Of a DNA stretch of 32,000 nucleotides, positions 1 through 8,234 are shown in pieces (within the stretch, counting starts at the first letter, position 1; every line of letters starts with the position of its first letter). The translations under genes were made by a program, and so were the position numbers. The notes under the pieces were generated by a model. It had not been told where the DNA came from and did not search any database. It saw only the letters and a list, made by a program, of their open reading frames with translations. The stretch spans positions 120,001 through 152,000 of the forward strand of contig NC_015735.1 of NCBI RefSeq assembly GCF_000219175.1, given 5' to 3'. This stretch comes from Candidatus Moranella endobia PCIT (GTDB taxonomy: Bacteria > Pseudomonadota > Gammaproteobacteria > Enterobacterales > Enterobacteriaceae).

Positions 1-654
1 ACTGCTGGTAACTGCAGCACCGGCTGAAACTCCCTTACCAAAATCGTAAGTAACTGATATACCATAGCCTACGCCATTTTCTTTCTGGAGATCAAGATCT
101 GTTTTATGCTCAACTTTGCTATCATTTTTTCCTTGATATTGCAGTGCAAAATTAAAGCCATCTAACCTGCCGAAGCAGTTGGTATTGCGATAGGTTAGCA
201 AGCTATTGGCGCGGCCAGTAATAACATTATCAGTAACTGTGGTATCCCCGCTGAATACTAGCACAATATCTGTCCAGGCACCGACGTCATACAGTACTCC
301 GTAGTTCCGTCCATAATCGATACTGCCCACGTTGGTGAACTTGATACCGGCAAAACCTAATCGGCTAAAGTGATTGTTTGCGACTATACTTTCGGTATGG
401 CGCAACCCAACTTCCTGTTCCAAGGTACCGAAACTAATAATATTAGCGCTAAGCTTGGTTTCTGCCCGGAAGCCATAACGAACAAAAGAACGATCACCGT
501 TTTTATTAGCATAAAATGACATATAACGTATACAGTTGAATTTACCGTACAAATCAAGTTTATTACCTTCTTTATTATAAACTTCGGTGGCTCTGGCACT
601 ACTTACCATCGCTATTGCCGACATTAGTACAGAAAGATATTGTATTTTCATCTT
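1..654 (-). CDS. Partial outer membrane general porin (OmpF/OmpC family), C-terminus beyond left window edge
   Basis: Manual minus-strand translation from ATG at 654 is open for all 218 codons to base 1: MKIQYLSVLMSAIAMVSSARATEVYNKEGNKLDLYGKFNCIRYMSF...SFVRYGFRAETKLSANI...RLGFAGIKFTNVGSIDYGRNYGVLYDVGAWTDIV. The EVYNK-GNK-DLYGK and GSIDYGRNYGV-YD motifs are characteristic of enterobacterial porins. The supplied ORF track does not list it. Confidence 0.9.
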
Positions 655-876
655 GATACCCTCTATATATGTTATATTTTGCCACTAATAACTTAACAGC
701 AGCAAAGGCTAAAATAACAACAAGAGTATGCAAAAAAATTGCAGCTCACTAATCAAGCTGATATTTCACTGAGCAAAAATTATGCTAAAACGCAAAAATA
801 AGACGACGTTGTCCTTGTTTTTAGCCAACTAGCTCATTATAATTGCGCGCCGTTTTTCGAATAAAAACTTATGTAT

Positions 877-942
877 AAGTTCCTTACTTCCATGGGATAA
901 AGTTGACCATCGGAGGTTGAATAATCCGTAAGGAGCCATTCT
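877..942 (+). promoter_or_regulatory. rpsF 5' leader; possible S6:S18-binding autoregulatory RNA motif plus RBS
   Basis: Sequence CGGAGGTTGAATAATCCGTAAGGAGCC directly upstream of rpsF has a short CGGA/TCCG pairing and a CCG followed by AAGGAG; resembles what I recall of the enterobacterial rpsF leader. Confidence 0.35.
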
Positions 943-1353
943 ATGCGTCATTACGAAATAGTTTTTATGGTGCATCCTGACCAAAGCGAACAGGTTACTG
1001 GTATGATCGAACGCTATAGCAACCTGATTGCTATTGCTAAAGGCAAAATCCATCGTCTTGAAGACTGGGGACGTCGTCAGTTAGCGTACCCAATTAACAA
1101 ACTACATAAAGCGCACTACGTTCTGCTGAACGTAGAAGCACCACAGAAAGTAGTAGAAGAGCTAGAAATAGCTTTTCGCTTCAATGACGCCATTATCCGC
1201 AGCATAGTCATGCGTGTTAAGCACGCCGCAACTGAAGCATCTCCGATCGGAAAAGTAAAAGACGAACGCCGCAAGCGCCGTGAAAATTTTGTAATCGATA
1301 CTAACGAAGATTCTAATGCTGGTGATTCTGAAGAATACGATCATGTTAGATAG
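943..1353 (+). CDS. rpsF: 30S ribosomal protein S6
   Basis: [28 protein letters not shown]...[25 protein letters not shown]; full length and typical gene order with priB, rpsR, rplI. Confidence 0.98.
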   Translation: MRHYEIVFMVHPDQSEQVTGMIERYSNLIAIAKGKIHRLEDWGRRQLAYPINKLHKAHYVLLNVEAPQKVVEELEIAFRFNDAIIRSIVMRVKHAATEASPIGKVKDERRKRRENFVIDTNEDSNAGDSEEYDHVR

Positions 1354-1356
1354 ATC

Positions 1357-1683
1357 ATGTTAGCAAACCGCCTGATGCTGTCGGGCATAGTGTGTAAAAC
1401 ACCTATACGTAAGGTGAGTCCTTCCGGTATTTCACATTGCCAGTTTGTGCTTGAGCACCGTTCTGTGCAGCACGAGGCTGGTTTTTCACGCCAGGCATGG
1501 TGTAGATTGCCCGTTGTGTTTAGTGGGCAACAAACTATTAATATAAACAGTATTATATTAGGCACGCATATTGCAGTGCAGGGGTTCATTAGTTGCCATC
1601 AAGGACGCAATGGCTTAAGCAAAATAGTGTTACATGCTAAAGTGTTACATGCTGAGCCAATTGATTTGATATATGGAGACTAG
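1357..1683 (+). CDS. priB: Primosomal replication protein N (PriB)
   Basis: [58 protein letters not shown]...[21 protein letters not shown]; strong PriB match, located between rpsF and rpsR. Confidence 0.95.
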   Translation: MLANRLMLSGIVCKTPIRKVSPSGISHCQFVLEHRSVQHEAGFSRQAWCRLPVVFSGQQTININSIILGTHIAVQGFISCHQGRNGLSKIVLHAKVLHAEPIDLIYGD

Positions 1684-1687
1684 CCTT

Positions 1688-1915
1688 ATGGGAAGTTATT
1701 TCCGTCGTCGCAAATTCTGCCGTTTTACCGCGGATGGCGTTGTTGAGATTGATTACAAAGACATCGCTATGCTGAAAAACTATATCACTGAAAGTGGAAA
1801 AATTGTCCCGAGCCGGATTACCGGTACTCGTGCCAAATACCAACGGCAGCTAGCCAGCGCTATCAAGCGTGCGCGTTACCTTGCGCTATTGCCGTACACT
1901 GATCTGCATCATTAA
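1688..1915 (+). CDS. rpsR: 30S ribosomal protein S18
   Basis: Start chosen at 1688 ([72 protein letters not shown]) rather than the track's 1673, which overlaps priB. Confidence 0.97.
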   Translation: MGSYFRRRKFCRFTADGVVEIDYKDIAMLKNYITESGKIVPSRITGTRAKYQRQLASAIKRARYLALLPYTDLHH

Positions 1916-1953
1916 TCAGTCTGGATCTACTAATTATTTGAGAGGAGAAAATG

Positions 1954-2406
1954 ATGCAAGTGATTCTGCTTGCTAAAGTAAGTAACCTGGGCGGTTTTAG
2001 TGATCAGGTTAAAGTGAAAGCTGGCTATGCTCGTAACTACCTAATTCCGCAGGGCAAAGCAGTGCCAGCTACCAAGGAAAACTTGAAAGAGTTTGAGGTA
2101 CGTCGTGCTGAATTGGAAACAAAACTGGCGGATATTCAGGCTGCCGCTGAAACACGCGCTGCAAAACTTCAGGAAGTAGGTTGCATTATTATTGCGGCTA
2201 AAGCAGGCAACGAAGGTAAACTTTTTGGCTCTATTGGTGCCCGTAACGTCGCGGACGCAATAACTACTGCAGGAGTTAATGTAACTAAAAGTGAAGTACG
2301 TTTGCCACATGGTGTGTTGCGCAATATTGGTGACCACGACGTCAAAATTCAGGTATATAACGATATGTTCGTTACCCTGAATGTAGTAATTGTGCCTGAA
2401 GCATAA
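1954..2406 (+). CDS. rplI: 50S ribosomal protein L9
   Basis: [40 protein letters not shown]...[29 protein letters not shown] start, so 1951 is the alternative. Confidence 0.97.
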   Translation: MQVILLAKVSNLGGFSDQVKVKAGYARNYLIPQGKAVPATKENLKEFEVRRAELETKLADIQAAAETRAAKLQEVGCIIIAAKAGNEGKLFGSIGARNVADAITTAGVNVTKSEVRLPHGVLRNIGDHDVKIQVYNDMFVTLNVVIVPEA

Positions 2407-2460
2407 CCGTAGCAGGCCGGCCTGACTAACCTATGTCATAGTTCCCCTATGATGGCGGGC

Positions 2461-2480
2461 ATGGCTGCAATAACAGCCAT
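2461..2480 (+). terminator. Candidate hairpin downstream of the rpsF-rplI operon
   Basis: ATGGCTG-CAATAA-CAGCCAT: 7-bp stem, 6-nt loop, 54 nt after the rplI stop. No T-tract follows, so intrinsic termination is uncertain. Confidence 0.3.
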
Positions 2481-2693
2481 ACATACATAACATAATATGG
2501 TGGTTTAGTTTGTTGTTGTTTTTGCTGAACAAAACATAAAAAATAGCAAACCTGGGAATCACGTAGACTGTTCTTCTTGAAATTCTGCATGTAATTGTAA
2601 TGGTGGTTACGACTAGATCTCATTATGACGCAAACTGTGCGACTTGTTGATTGAGGCTATTACAGTAAATTATTATTAGAATAGGAGAATGAA

Positions 2694-3689
2694 ATGATAC
2701 ATATTGTCTACGTTGCTAGCCCAGAAAGTCAGCAAATACACGTCTGGCAAATGGATAATCAAGGCTCGCTAACATTATTGCAAGTGTTAAACACCCCCGG
2801 TCAAGGGAAGCCGATGGCAATTCATCCAGCGAACACACACCTATATATTGGTGTTCGGCCGGTATGTGGTGTGGTAAGCTACTACATTGATAAACTAGGG
2901 TTGTTAACCGAAGCTAATATAACGCCGTTGCCGGGTAGCCCGACGCATTTAACCACAGATTCAAAGGGCAAGAAACTGTACAGCGTTTCCTATAGCAGCA
3001 GTTGTCTCAGCGTCAGCCCCATCGATGAGCATGGTATCGTCGGCGCGCCGCAGCAAACCCTGGAAGGATTAACCAACTGCCATTCCGCTAATGTAGATAC
3101 CATCAATAAGTTACTCTGGGTGCCATGCCTGCAAGAAGATCGTATACGACTCTATGCTATTGACGAGTCTGAAAATTTGACAACTCTAAAGCCGGTGGCG
3201 CTAAAAAGTACCGGCGCTGGACCACGTCATATGGCTTTTCACTACAGCGGTAATTATGCCTATGTCATCAATGAACTCAGCGGTATGGTGCAGGTGATTG
3301 CTATAAACGCCGCGCGCACCGGTCCGCGTATTGTGCAAACACTAGATATGATGCATTCTTCTGGATTGAGTGATACCCGCTGGGCGGCTGATATTCATAT
3401 TACTCCTAATGGAAATTTGCTTTACTGTTGCGATCGCACCACAAGCATTATCAGCTGGTTTGCAGTGTCGGAGGAAGGCAACGTACTAAGTTTTTTGGGC
3501 CAACAGAAAACTGAAACCCAGCCTTGTGGGTTCAATATCGATACCCAAGGGCGTTTCCTAGTTGCTGCCGGGCAGAAATCGCACCATATAGCAGTGTACG
3601 CCATCGATGCAAAATCAGGCAAACTAGCGCCCATAGCACGCTATGAGGTAGGGCAAGGACCGATGTGGGTATCGATCATAAAACGGTAA
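2694..3689 (+). CDS. pgl: 6-phosphogluconolactonase (YbhE/Pgl beta-propeller type)
   Basis: MIHIVYVASPESQQIHVWQMDNQGSLTLLQVL...DTRWAADIHITPNGNLLYCCDRT...AAGQKSHHIAVY...YEVGQGPMWV; collinear with E. coli Pgl. Confidence 0.95.
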   Translation: MIHIVYVASPESQQIHVWQMDNQGSLTLLQVLNTPGQGKPMAIHPANTHLYIGVRPVCGVVSYYIDKLGLLTEANITPLPGSPTHLTTDSKGKKLYSVSYSSSCLSVSPIDEHGIVGAPQQTLEGLTNCHSANVDTINKLLWVPCLQEDRIRLYAIDESENLTTLKPVALKSTGAGPRHMAFHYSGNYAYVINELSGMVQVIAINAARTGPRIVQTLDMMHSSGLSDTRWAADIHITPNGNLLYCCDRTTSIISWFAVSEEGNVLSFLGQQKTETQPCGFNIDTQGRFLVAAGQKSHHIAVYAIDAKSGKLAPIARYEVGQGPMWVSIIKR

Positions 3690-3808
3690 GTAACTACTGC
3701 ACGTGCGCACCTAGCTTTTAGCTTAAAGCTATCTAGACCATAGAACAACATCAATCAGGCATGTTTCTCATGTATAGTGGTTTGCGGATAGATAGTAAGA
3801 GGAAACAG

Positions 3809-4735
3809 ATGTTAAAAAAAGCATGACATAAACATTGCAGATTATGATGCTGAATTGTGGCAGGCAATGGAGCAGGAAGTAATGCGCCAGAAAGAGCACA
3901 TTGAACTGATTGCCTCTGAAATACACTAGTACCAGAATTATGCAGGCTAAGGGCTCACAGCTAACCAATAAGTACGCTGAAGGTTATCCCGGTTACTATG
4001 GCGGATGTGAATATGTAGACGTGGTTGAGCAATTGGCAATCGATCGCGCGAAAGCTTTGTTTGGTGCCGATTATGCAAATGTACAGCCTCATTCTGGATC
4101 ACAGGCAAATTATGCTATTTCAGCCGGTCGATACAGTGCTTTACATGCATCTAGCACACGGTGGTCATTTGACAAACGGTGCTTCAGTTAATCTGGTAAA
4201 TTATATAATTTATATAATAAATAATATCGTGCATTAATGTATGACAGACTTAATTCAGCTGTTTTCCATGGTGCGCAGGGCGGTCCGTTAATGCATGTCA
4301 TCGCCGCTAAGGCAGTTGCCTTGAAATAGGCCATGGAGCCAGCGTTTAAAACTTACCAGCAACAGATAGTAGAGGTTTTCTTATTTCGCGGTTTCAAAGT
4401 AGTATCAGGCGCTACCAATAATCACCTGTTCTTGCTAGATTTACGGGAAAAAACCTTAACGGACAAGAGGCTGATATTGCCCTGGGCCGCGCAAATATTA
4501 CTGTTAACAAAAACAATGTACCGAACGATCAACAAAGCCCGTTCGTTACCTACTGGATAAGTATTGGTACACCAGCTGTTGTCACCCGCCGTGGTTTTAA
4601 CGAAGCTGATGTGCGCACATTGGCGGGCTGGATGTGCGACGTTCTTGATAATATCAACAACAATGCAGTAATTACACGTACCAAAAACAACGTTCTGGAG
4701 CTATGTGCCCTTCATACAGTTTACGGTTTATGTTC
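3809..4735 (+). pseudogene. glyA: Serine hydroxymethyltransferase pseudogene with multiple frameshifts, stops and internal deletions
   Basis: Fragments in shifting frames: [30 protein letters not shown] / [65 protein letters not shown] / [23 protein letters not shown] / [38 protein letters not shown] / [25 protein letters not shown] / [38 protein letters not shown] / [12 protein letters not shown]. The central region with the catalytic PLP-lysine segment is missing. Confidence 0.93.
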
Positions 4736-4838
4736 AATGACAGCGTTTTTACCCGCTAGAATATGTTGATAAAAAACTAAGACGTTATCCTGATTTTGAA
4801 CATAACCACATTACCGATATCAAGGTAACTACGCCAAC

Positions 4839-5570
4839 ATGTCAACGCTGTTCATCTCAGATATTCATCTTTGCGCACAAAATTCGGCTACTACCGCCAG
4901 TTTTCTGCATTTTTTGCGTAACAGGGCCCTGGACGCTCAAGCATTATATATTCTTGGTGATTTGTTTGAGACATGGATAGGGGATGATGATCCTAATCCG
5001 TTACATCACGAAATTTCTGTTGCACTGCAAATTTTGGGTCAGCGCTGTATTCCCTGCTATTTTATCCATGGTAATCGTGATTTCCTACTCGGTAAGCGCT
5101 ATGCTATAACTTGCGGTATGACGCTGTTGTCAGCACCGCAGGTTATGCAGCTTGATGGGCTTAGTGTCGTGATACTGCATGGCGACACGTTGTGTACCGA
5201 CGATAGCGAATACCAGAATTTTCGCCGATTAGTGCATCAACGCTGGCGGCAACGACTATTTTTATCGCTACCATTGCCATTGCGGTTAAGAATTGCCAAT
5301 AGAATGCGCGCGAAGAGCCTGCATGTAAATGCAATTAAAACCTACGATATCATGGACGTTAACACACAGGCAGTGATGACATTGATGGCGCACACTGGTG
5401 CTAAGGTGATGATACATGGCCATACCCACCTACCAGCTATTCACCGTTTACCTGGTGCGCGCTGTCGTGTTGTGCTTGGTGCTTGGCACCGCCACGGGTC
5501 GGTTATTGAGGTTACGGCCACAAGCGTTAAACTATGCGAGTTCTCTGTTAAGACTACTGACTACTCATAG
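4839..5570 (+). CDS. lpxH: UDP-2,3-diacylglucosamine diphosphatase
   Basis: MSTLFISDIHLC...ALYILGDLFETWIGDDDPNPLH...CYFIHGNRDFLLGKRYA...HGDTLCTDD...IMDVN...MIHGHTHLPA; LpxH metallophosphoesterase motifs. Confidence 0.96.
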   Translation: MSTLFISDIHLCAQNSATTASFLHFLRNRALDAQALYILGDLFETWIGDDDPNPLHHEISVALQILGQRCIPCYFIHGNRDFLLGKRYAITCGMTLLSAPQVMQLDGLSVVILHGDTLCTDDSEYQNFRRLVHQRWRQRLFLSLPLPLRLRIANRMRAKSLHVNAIKTYDIMDVNTQAVMTLMAHTGAKVMIHGHTHLPAIHRLPGARCRVVLGAWHRHGSVIEVTATSVKLCEFSVKTTDYS

Positions 5571-5943
5571 TCTATAATCTATAATCTATCTTTGGGTCAG
5601 CGCTGCTATCGAGGCGAATAAAGAAAAAACTCTAGATTAAAATTACAACCAGCAGCGCATGTTTCAGACAGCAGTCTAGGCTAGCTGGCTAGAGCTCAAC
5701 ATATTCTAGAAGTAGCAGCATGAAGAATAATATATTACAGACGTTCCTGAGATGCCACCTGCGCTTATGTCTAACGGTGACAAACTGACTTAATAAGCAC
5801 ATTGCATTATTAATCAATGGAATCAAGGGCGGCATATAGGTGCAATTAATATTTCGCTCGTTTGTAGACACTGCCAGTTGCCCAAAACCTTGACTTAGTG
5901 GCTATGATCATGACATCATATAGTACTTACTATCATTTTTTAG

Positions 5944-6020
5944 GCGTCCGTAGCTCAGTTGGTTAGAGCACCACCTTGACATGGTGGGGGTCAGTGGTTC
6001 GATTCCACTCGGACGTACCA
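5944..6020 (+). tRNA. tRNA-Val (anticodon GAC)
   Basis: 77 nt GCGTCCG-TA-GCTC...GAGC-A-CCACC-TTGACAT-GGTGG-GGGTC-AGTGG-TTCGATT-CCACT-CGGACGT-A-CCA; complete cloverleaf, GAC anticodon, encoded CCA, one G1:U72 wobble. Confidence 0.97.
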
Positions 6021-6040
6021 AATACTATCTTAGTTACTAG

Positions 6041-6075
6041 TTCTATTCAGTTAGACCACCACAGGTGGGTAATTG
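6041..6075 (+). pseudogene. Possible decayed second tRNA-Val copy (valW-like remnant)
   Basis: CTATTCAGTTAGACCACCACAGGTGGGTAATTG resembles CTCAGTTGGTTAGAGCACCACCTTGACATGGTGGGGGTC of the adjacent tRNA, with internal deletions; CCACC/GGTGG anticodon stem kept but loop reduced to ACA. Confidence 0.5.
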
Positions 6076-6265
6076 ATATTTCATGATTGTATTTTTTTTG
6101 CTCATTCATGTCGACGTATTTTTCGGTATAGATAGAAGCAAATATAGCAATAATCGCTATATTTATTAATTTATCCCTTCTAAACATGTCATAAAACTAA
6201 CACATCGGGACTATATATAGTCTAAGTATGGCTGTGCTAGATATTAGCTAGAACCTAAATTATCT

Positions 6266-6290
6266 ATGATAACTTGTGATAAGTTATCAT
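6266..6290. repeat. 10-bp perfect inverted repeat upstream of ribE
   Basis: ATGATAACTT-GTGAT-AAGTTATCAT: 10-bp arms, 5-nt spacer, 63 nt before the ribE start. Confidence 0.85.
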
Positions 6291-6353
6291 TTATCATACA
6301 ATATATATAAAATAAGCAGTTAATACGTCAGTTTTAGCCAGATGAGGAAGTGC

Positions 6354-6962
6354 ATGTTTACAGGGATTGTGCAAACCACAGTGCCCATTATTGCGATTGA
6401 AGAAAAAAATTATTTTCGTACCCATTACCTCCGTCTTCCTGCTGAGCTGTTGCTTGATTTATCCATTGGCTCCTCTGTCGCCCATAATGGTTGTTGTCTG
6501 ACAGTTACCGGAATTAATAGCAACATGGTAAGTTTTGATCTGATGAAAGAAACGCTCATACTTACCAACTTGGGCCAGCTTGGGGTCGGCGACGAGGTTA
6601 ACATTGAACGGGCGGCGCGCCTACAGGCAGAAATTGGTGGACATCTTATGTCAGGGCACGTTAGATGCACAGCCGAACTAACTAAAATTATCACATCAGA
6701 GAACAACCGACAGATTTGGTGTTCAATGCAAAATAGGCAACTAATGAAATATATCCTGCATAAAGGCTATATCGGCGTTGAAGGCATAAGTTTGACGGTA
6801 GGCGAGATTACAGGCAGCTGTTTTTGTGTGCATGTGATACCTGAAACTTTGTTGCGCACCAACCTAGGTCAAAAACGGCTCGGCGAGAGCGTCAATATCG
6901 AACTTGACCCACAGACGCAGGTAATTGTTAATACCGTGGAACGGGTATTAGTTAGTAAGTAA
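6354..6962 (+). CDS. ribE: Riboflavin synthase alpha subunit
   Basis: Start chosen at 6354 (MFTGIVQTTVPI) preceded by GAGGA; two lumazine-binding repeats (CCLTVTGI..., GISLTVGEI...), NIERAARL, SGHVRCTAEL. Confidence 0.96.
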   Translation: MFTGIVQTTVPIIAIEEKNYFRTHYLRLPAELLLDLSIGSSVAHNGCCLTVTGINSNMVSFDLMKETLILTNLGQLGVGDEVNIERAARLQAEIGGHLMSGHVRCTAELTKIITSENNRQIWCSMQNRQLMKYILHKGYIGVEGISLTVGEITGSCFCVHVIPETLLRTNLGQKRLGESVNIELDPQTQVIVNTVERVLVSK

Positions 6963-7101
6963 GTTAGGCGCGAACGTACAGCAGTATCTCGATCTAGTAC
7001 GGGATGTAGGTAGATAGCAGCATAGCACCGGAAGGACCATCGATAGCAGCCAATAAATTATAATCTTAACAACTGAGTATTCCGATAAGTATATATCTTA
7101 T

Positions 7102-7932
7102 ATGAGATGCGCAAGGCATGACAAACTACAAAAAATCCTGGCCCGCTCCGGATATGGTGCACGCAGAAAGATCGAAGCACTTATTGAGCAGGGTCGCGTG
7201 AGCGTAGACGGTCAAGTTGCTACTCTGGGAGATCGTGTGGAGGTAATTAATACTACCAAGATCCGCATTGATGGTCGAATTATCACTATCCAACCGGTAG
7301 AAAACAATCGTTGCCGCGTGCTGGCATATTATAAACAGGAAGGCGAACTATGTACACGCCGCGATCCGGATGGAAGGCCAACGGTGTTTGATCGCCTGCC
7401 ACTTCTCAATCATTCCCGCTGGGTGGCCATTGGCCGCCTGGATATCAACACATCAGGGCTATTGTTATTTACCAATGATGGAGAACTTGCTCATTTCTTG
7501 ATGCATCCTAGCTGTGAAATCGAACGTGAATATGCCGTGCGTGTTTTCGGCATAGTGGATGAGGGGAAATTACGTCAGCTGACCAGCGGTGTTCAGCTAG
7601 AAGATGGTTATGCTTACTTTAACAGCTTGAAGTTACAGGAGGGGGGAACAGGTCTAAACCAGTGGTACACTGTTACTCTGAAGGAAGGGCGTAATCGCGA
7701 AGTGCGGCGAATGTGGGAAGCAGTTGGACTACAAGTAAGTCGTCTTATCCGCGTGCGCTACGGTAACATTAGCCTGCCCAAGGGAATGCAACGCGGCAGT
7801 TGGGCTATGCTGCCGCCAGAACAGATAAGTTATCTTATGCGACGGGATTATACTGGTAACACAATCAAAGCACATTCACGCTGTAGTGGTAACCACCATA
7901 GCAAAAAAAAAAAACAACTACACAGTAGATAA
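7102..7932 (+). CDS. rluB: 23S rRNA pseudouridine(2605) synthase
   Basis: KLQKILARSGYGARRKIEALIEQGRVSVDG...ICRVLAYY-type core, GRLDINTSGLLLFTNDGEL, EREYAVRVFG, LKEGRNREVRRMWEAVGLQVSRLIRVRYG; best match to RluB. Confidence 0.93.
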   Translation: MRCARHDKLQKILARSGYGARRKIEALIEQGRVSVDGQVATLGDRVEVINTTKIRIDGRIITIQPVENNRCRVLAYYKQEGELCTRRDPDGRPTVFDRLPLLNHSRWVAIGRLDINTSGLLLFTNDGELAHFLMHPSCEIEREYAVRVFGIVDEGKLRQLTSGVQLEDGYAYFNSLKLQEGGTGLNQWYTVTLKEGRNREVRRMWEAVGLQVSRLIRVRYGNISLPKGMQRGSWAMLPPEQISYLMRRDYTGNTIKAHSRCSGNHHSKKKKQLHSR

Positions 7933-8013
7933 CAAATTACATTGTAAGTAATTGATATTAGTTAGTGTGCTATTTACATTGTGTATTTATTTGGTTCAGT
8001 TCAGCCATGCAAG

Positions 8014-8048
8014 TTGACTTTTTGCCTCTATACTAGTTTACTAGTACG
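8014..8048 (+). promoter_or_regulatory. trp promoter with overlapping TrpR operator
   Basis: TTGACT (8014-8019), 17-nt spacer, TTTACT (8037-8042); ACTAGTTTACTAGTACG (8032-8048) closely matches the E. coli trp operator ACTAGTTAACTAGTACG at the same position relative to -10. Confidence 0.85.
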
Positions 8049-8126
8049 TAGTTAAATACAAGTCATCGAGATACTCACATAATTATACTTGTCACTTTAC
8101 TTTTTCGCTGGCGGCGTATTTTTTGA

Positions 8127-8156
8127 TGTGGTTGGTGGCGTTATCATGCGTTGTAA
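8127..8156 (+). promoter_or_regulatory. Degenerate trp leader peptide (trpL) with tandem Trp codons and no in-frame start
   Basis: TGT GGT TGG TGG CGT TAT CAT GCG TTG TAA matches GGTTGGTGGCG of E. coli trpL, but TGA (8124-8126) lies immediately upstream in frame and no ATG/GTG/TTG in that frame intervenes. Confidence 0.55.
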
Positions 8157-8182
8157 TCATTAGAACAAGCAAGATCCAGACT

Positions 8183-8207
8183 AGCCCGCGGCGCACGCGG
8201 GCTTTTT
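8183..8207 (+). terminator. trp attenuator (3:4) terminator hairpin
   Basis: AGCCCGCG-GCGCA-CGCGGGCT followed by T-run; 8-bp GC-rich stem in the same place as the E. coli trp attenuator, 27 nt before trpE. Confidence 0.85.
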
Positions 8208-8234
8208 CATGGGTAACAATTAGGAAAATAGATA

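Noticed and set aside
829-1053. Minus-strand 74-aa ORF overlapping the rpsF start
   Set aside because: Overlaps a conserved ribosomal gene and its leader; no supporting homology.
3910-4560. Track ORFs 3910..4191, 4025..4237 and 4333..4560 as separate small genes
   Set aside because: They are fragments in different frames of one decayed glyA.
5571-5589. TCTATAA short tandem repeat after lpxH
   Set aside because: Only about 2.7 copies of a 7-mer in AT-rich sequence; too short to support a CRISPR or functional repeat.
5890-5935. Promoter for tRNA-Val (TTGACT ... TATAGT)
   Set aside because: Both hexamer-like strings exist, but the spacing (about 23 nt) is incompatible with a normal sigma-70 promoter.
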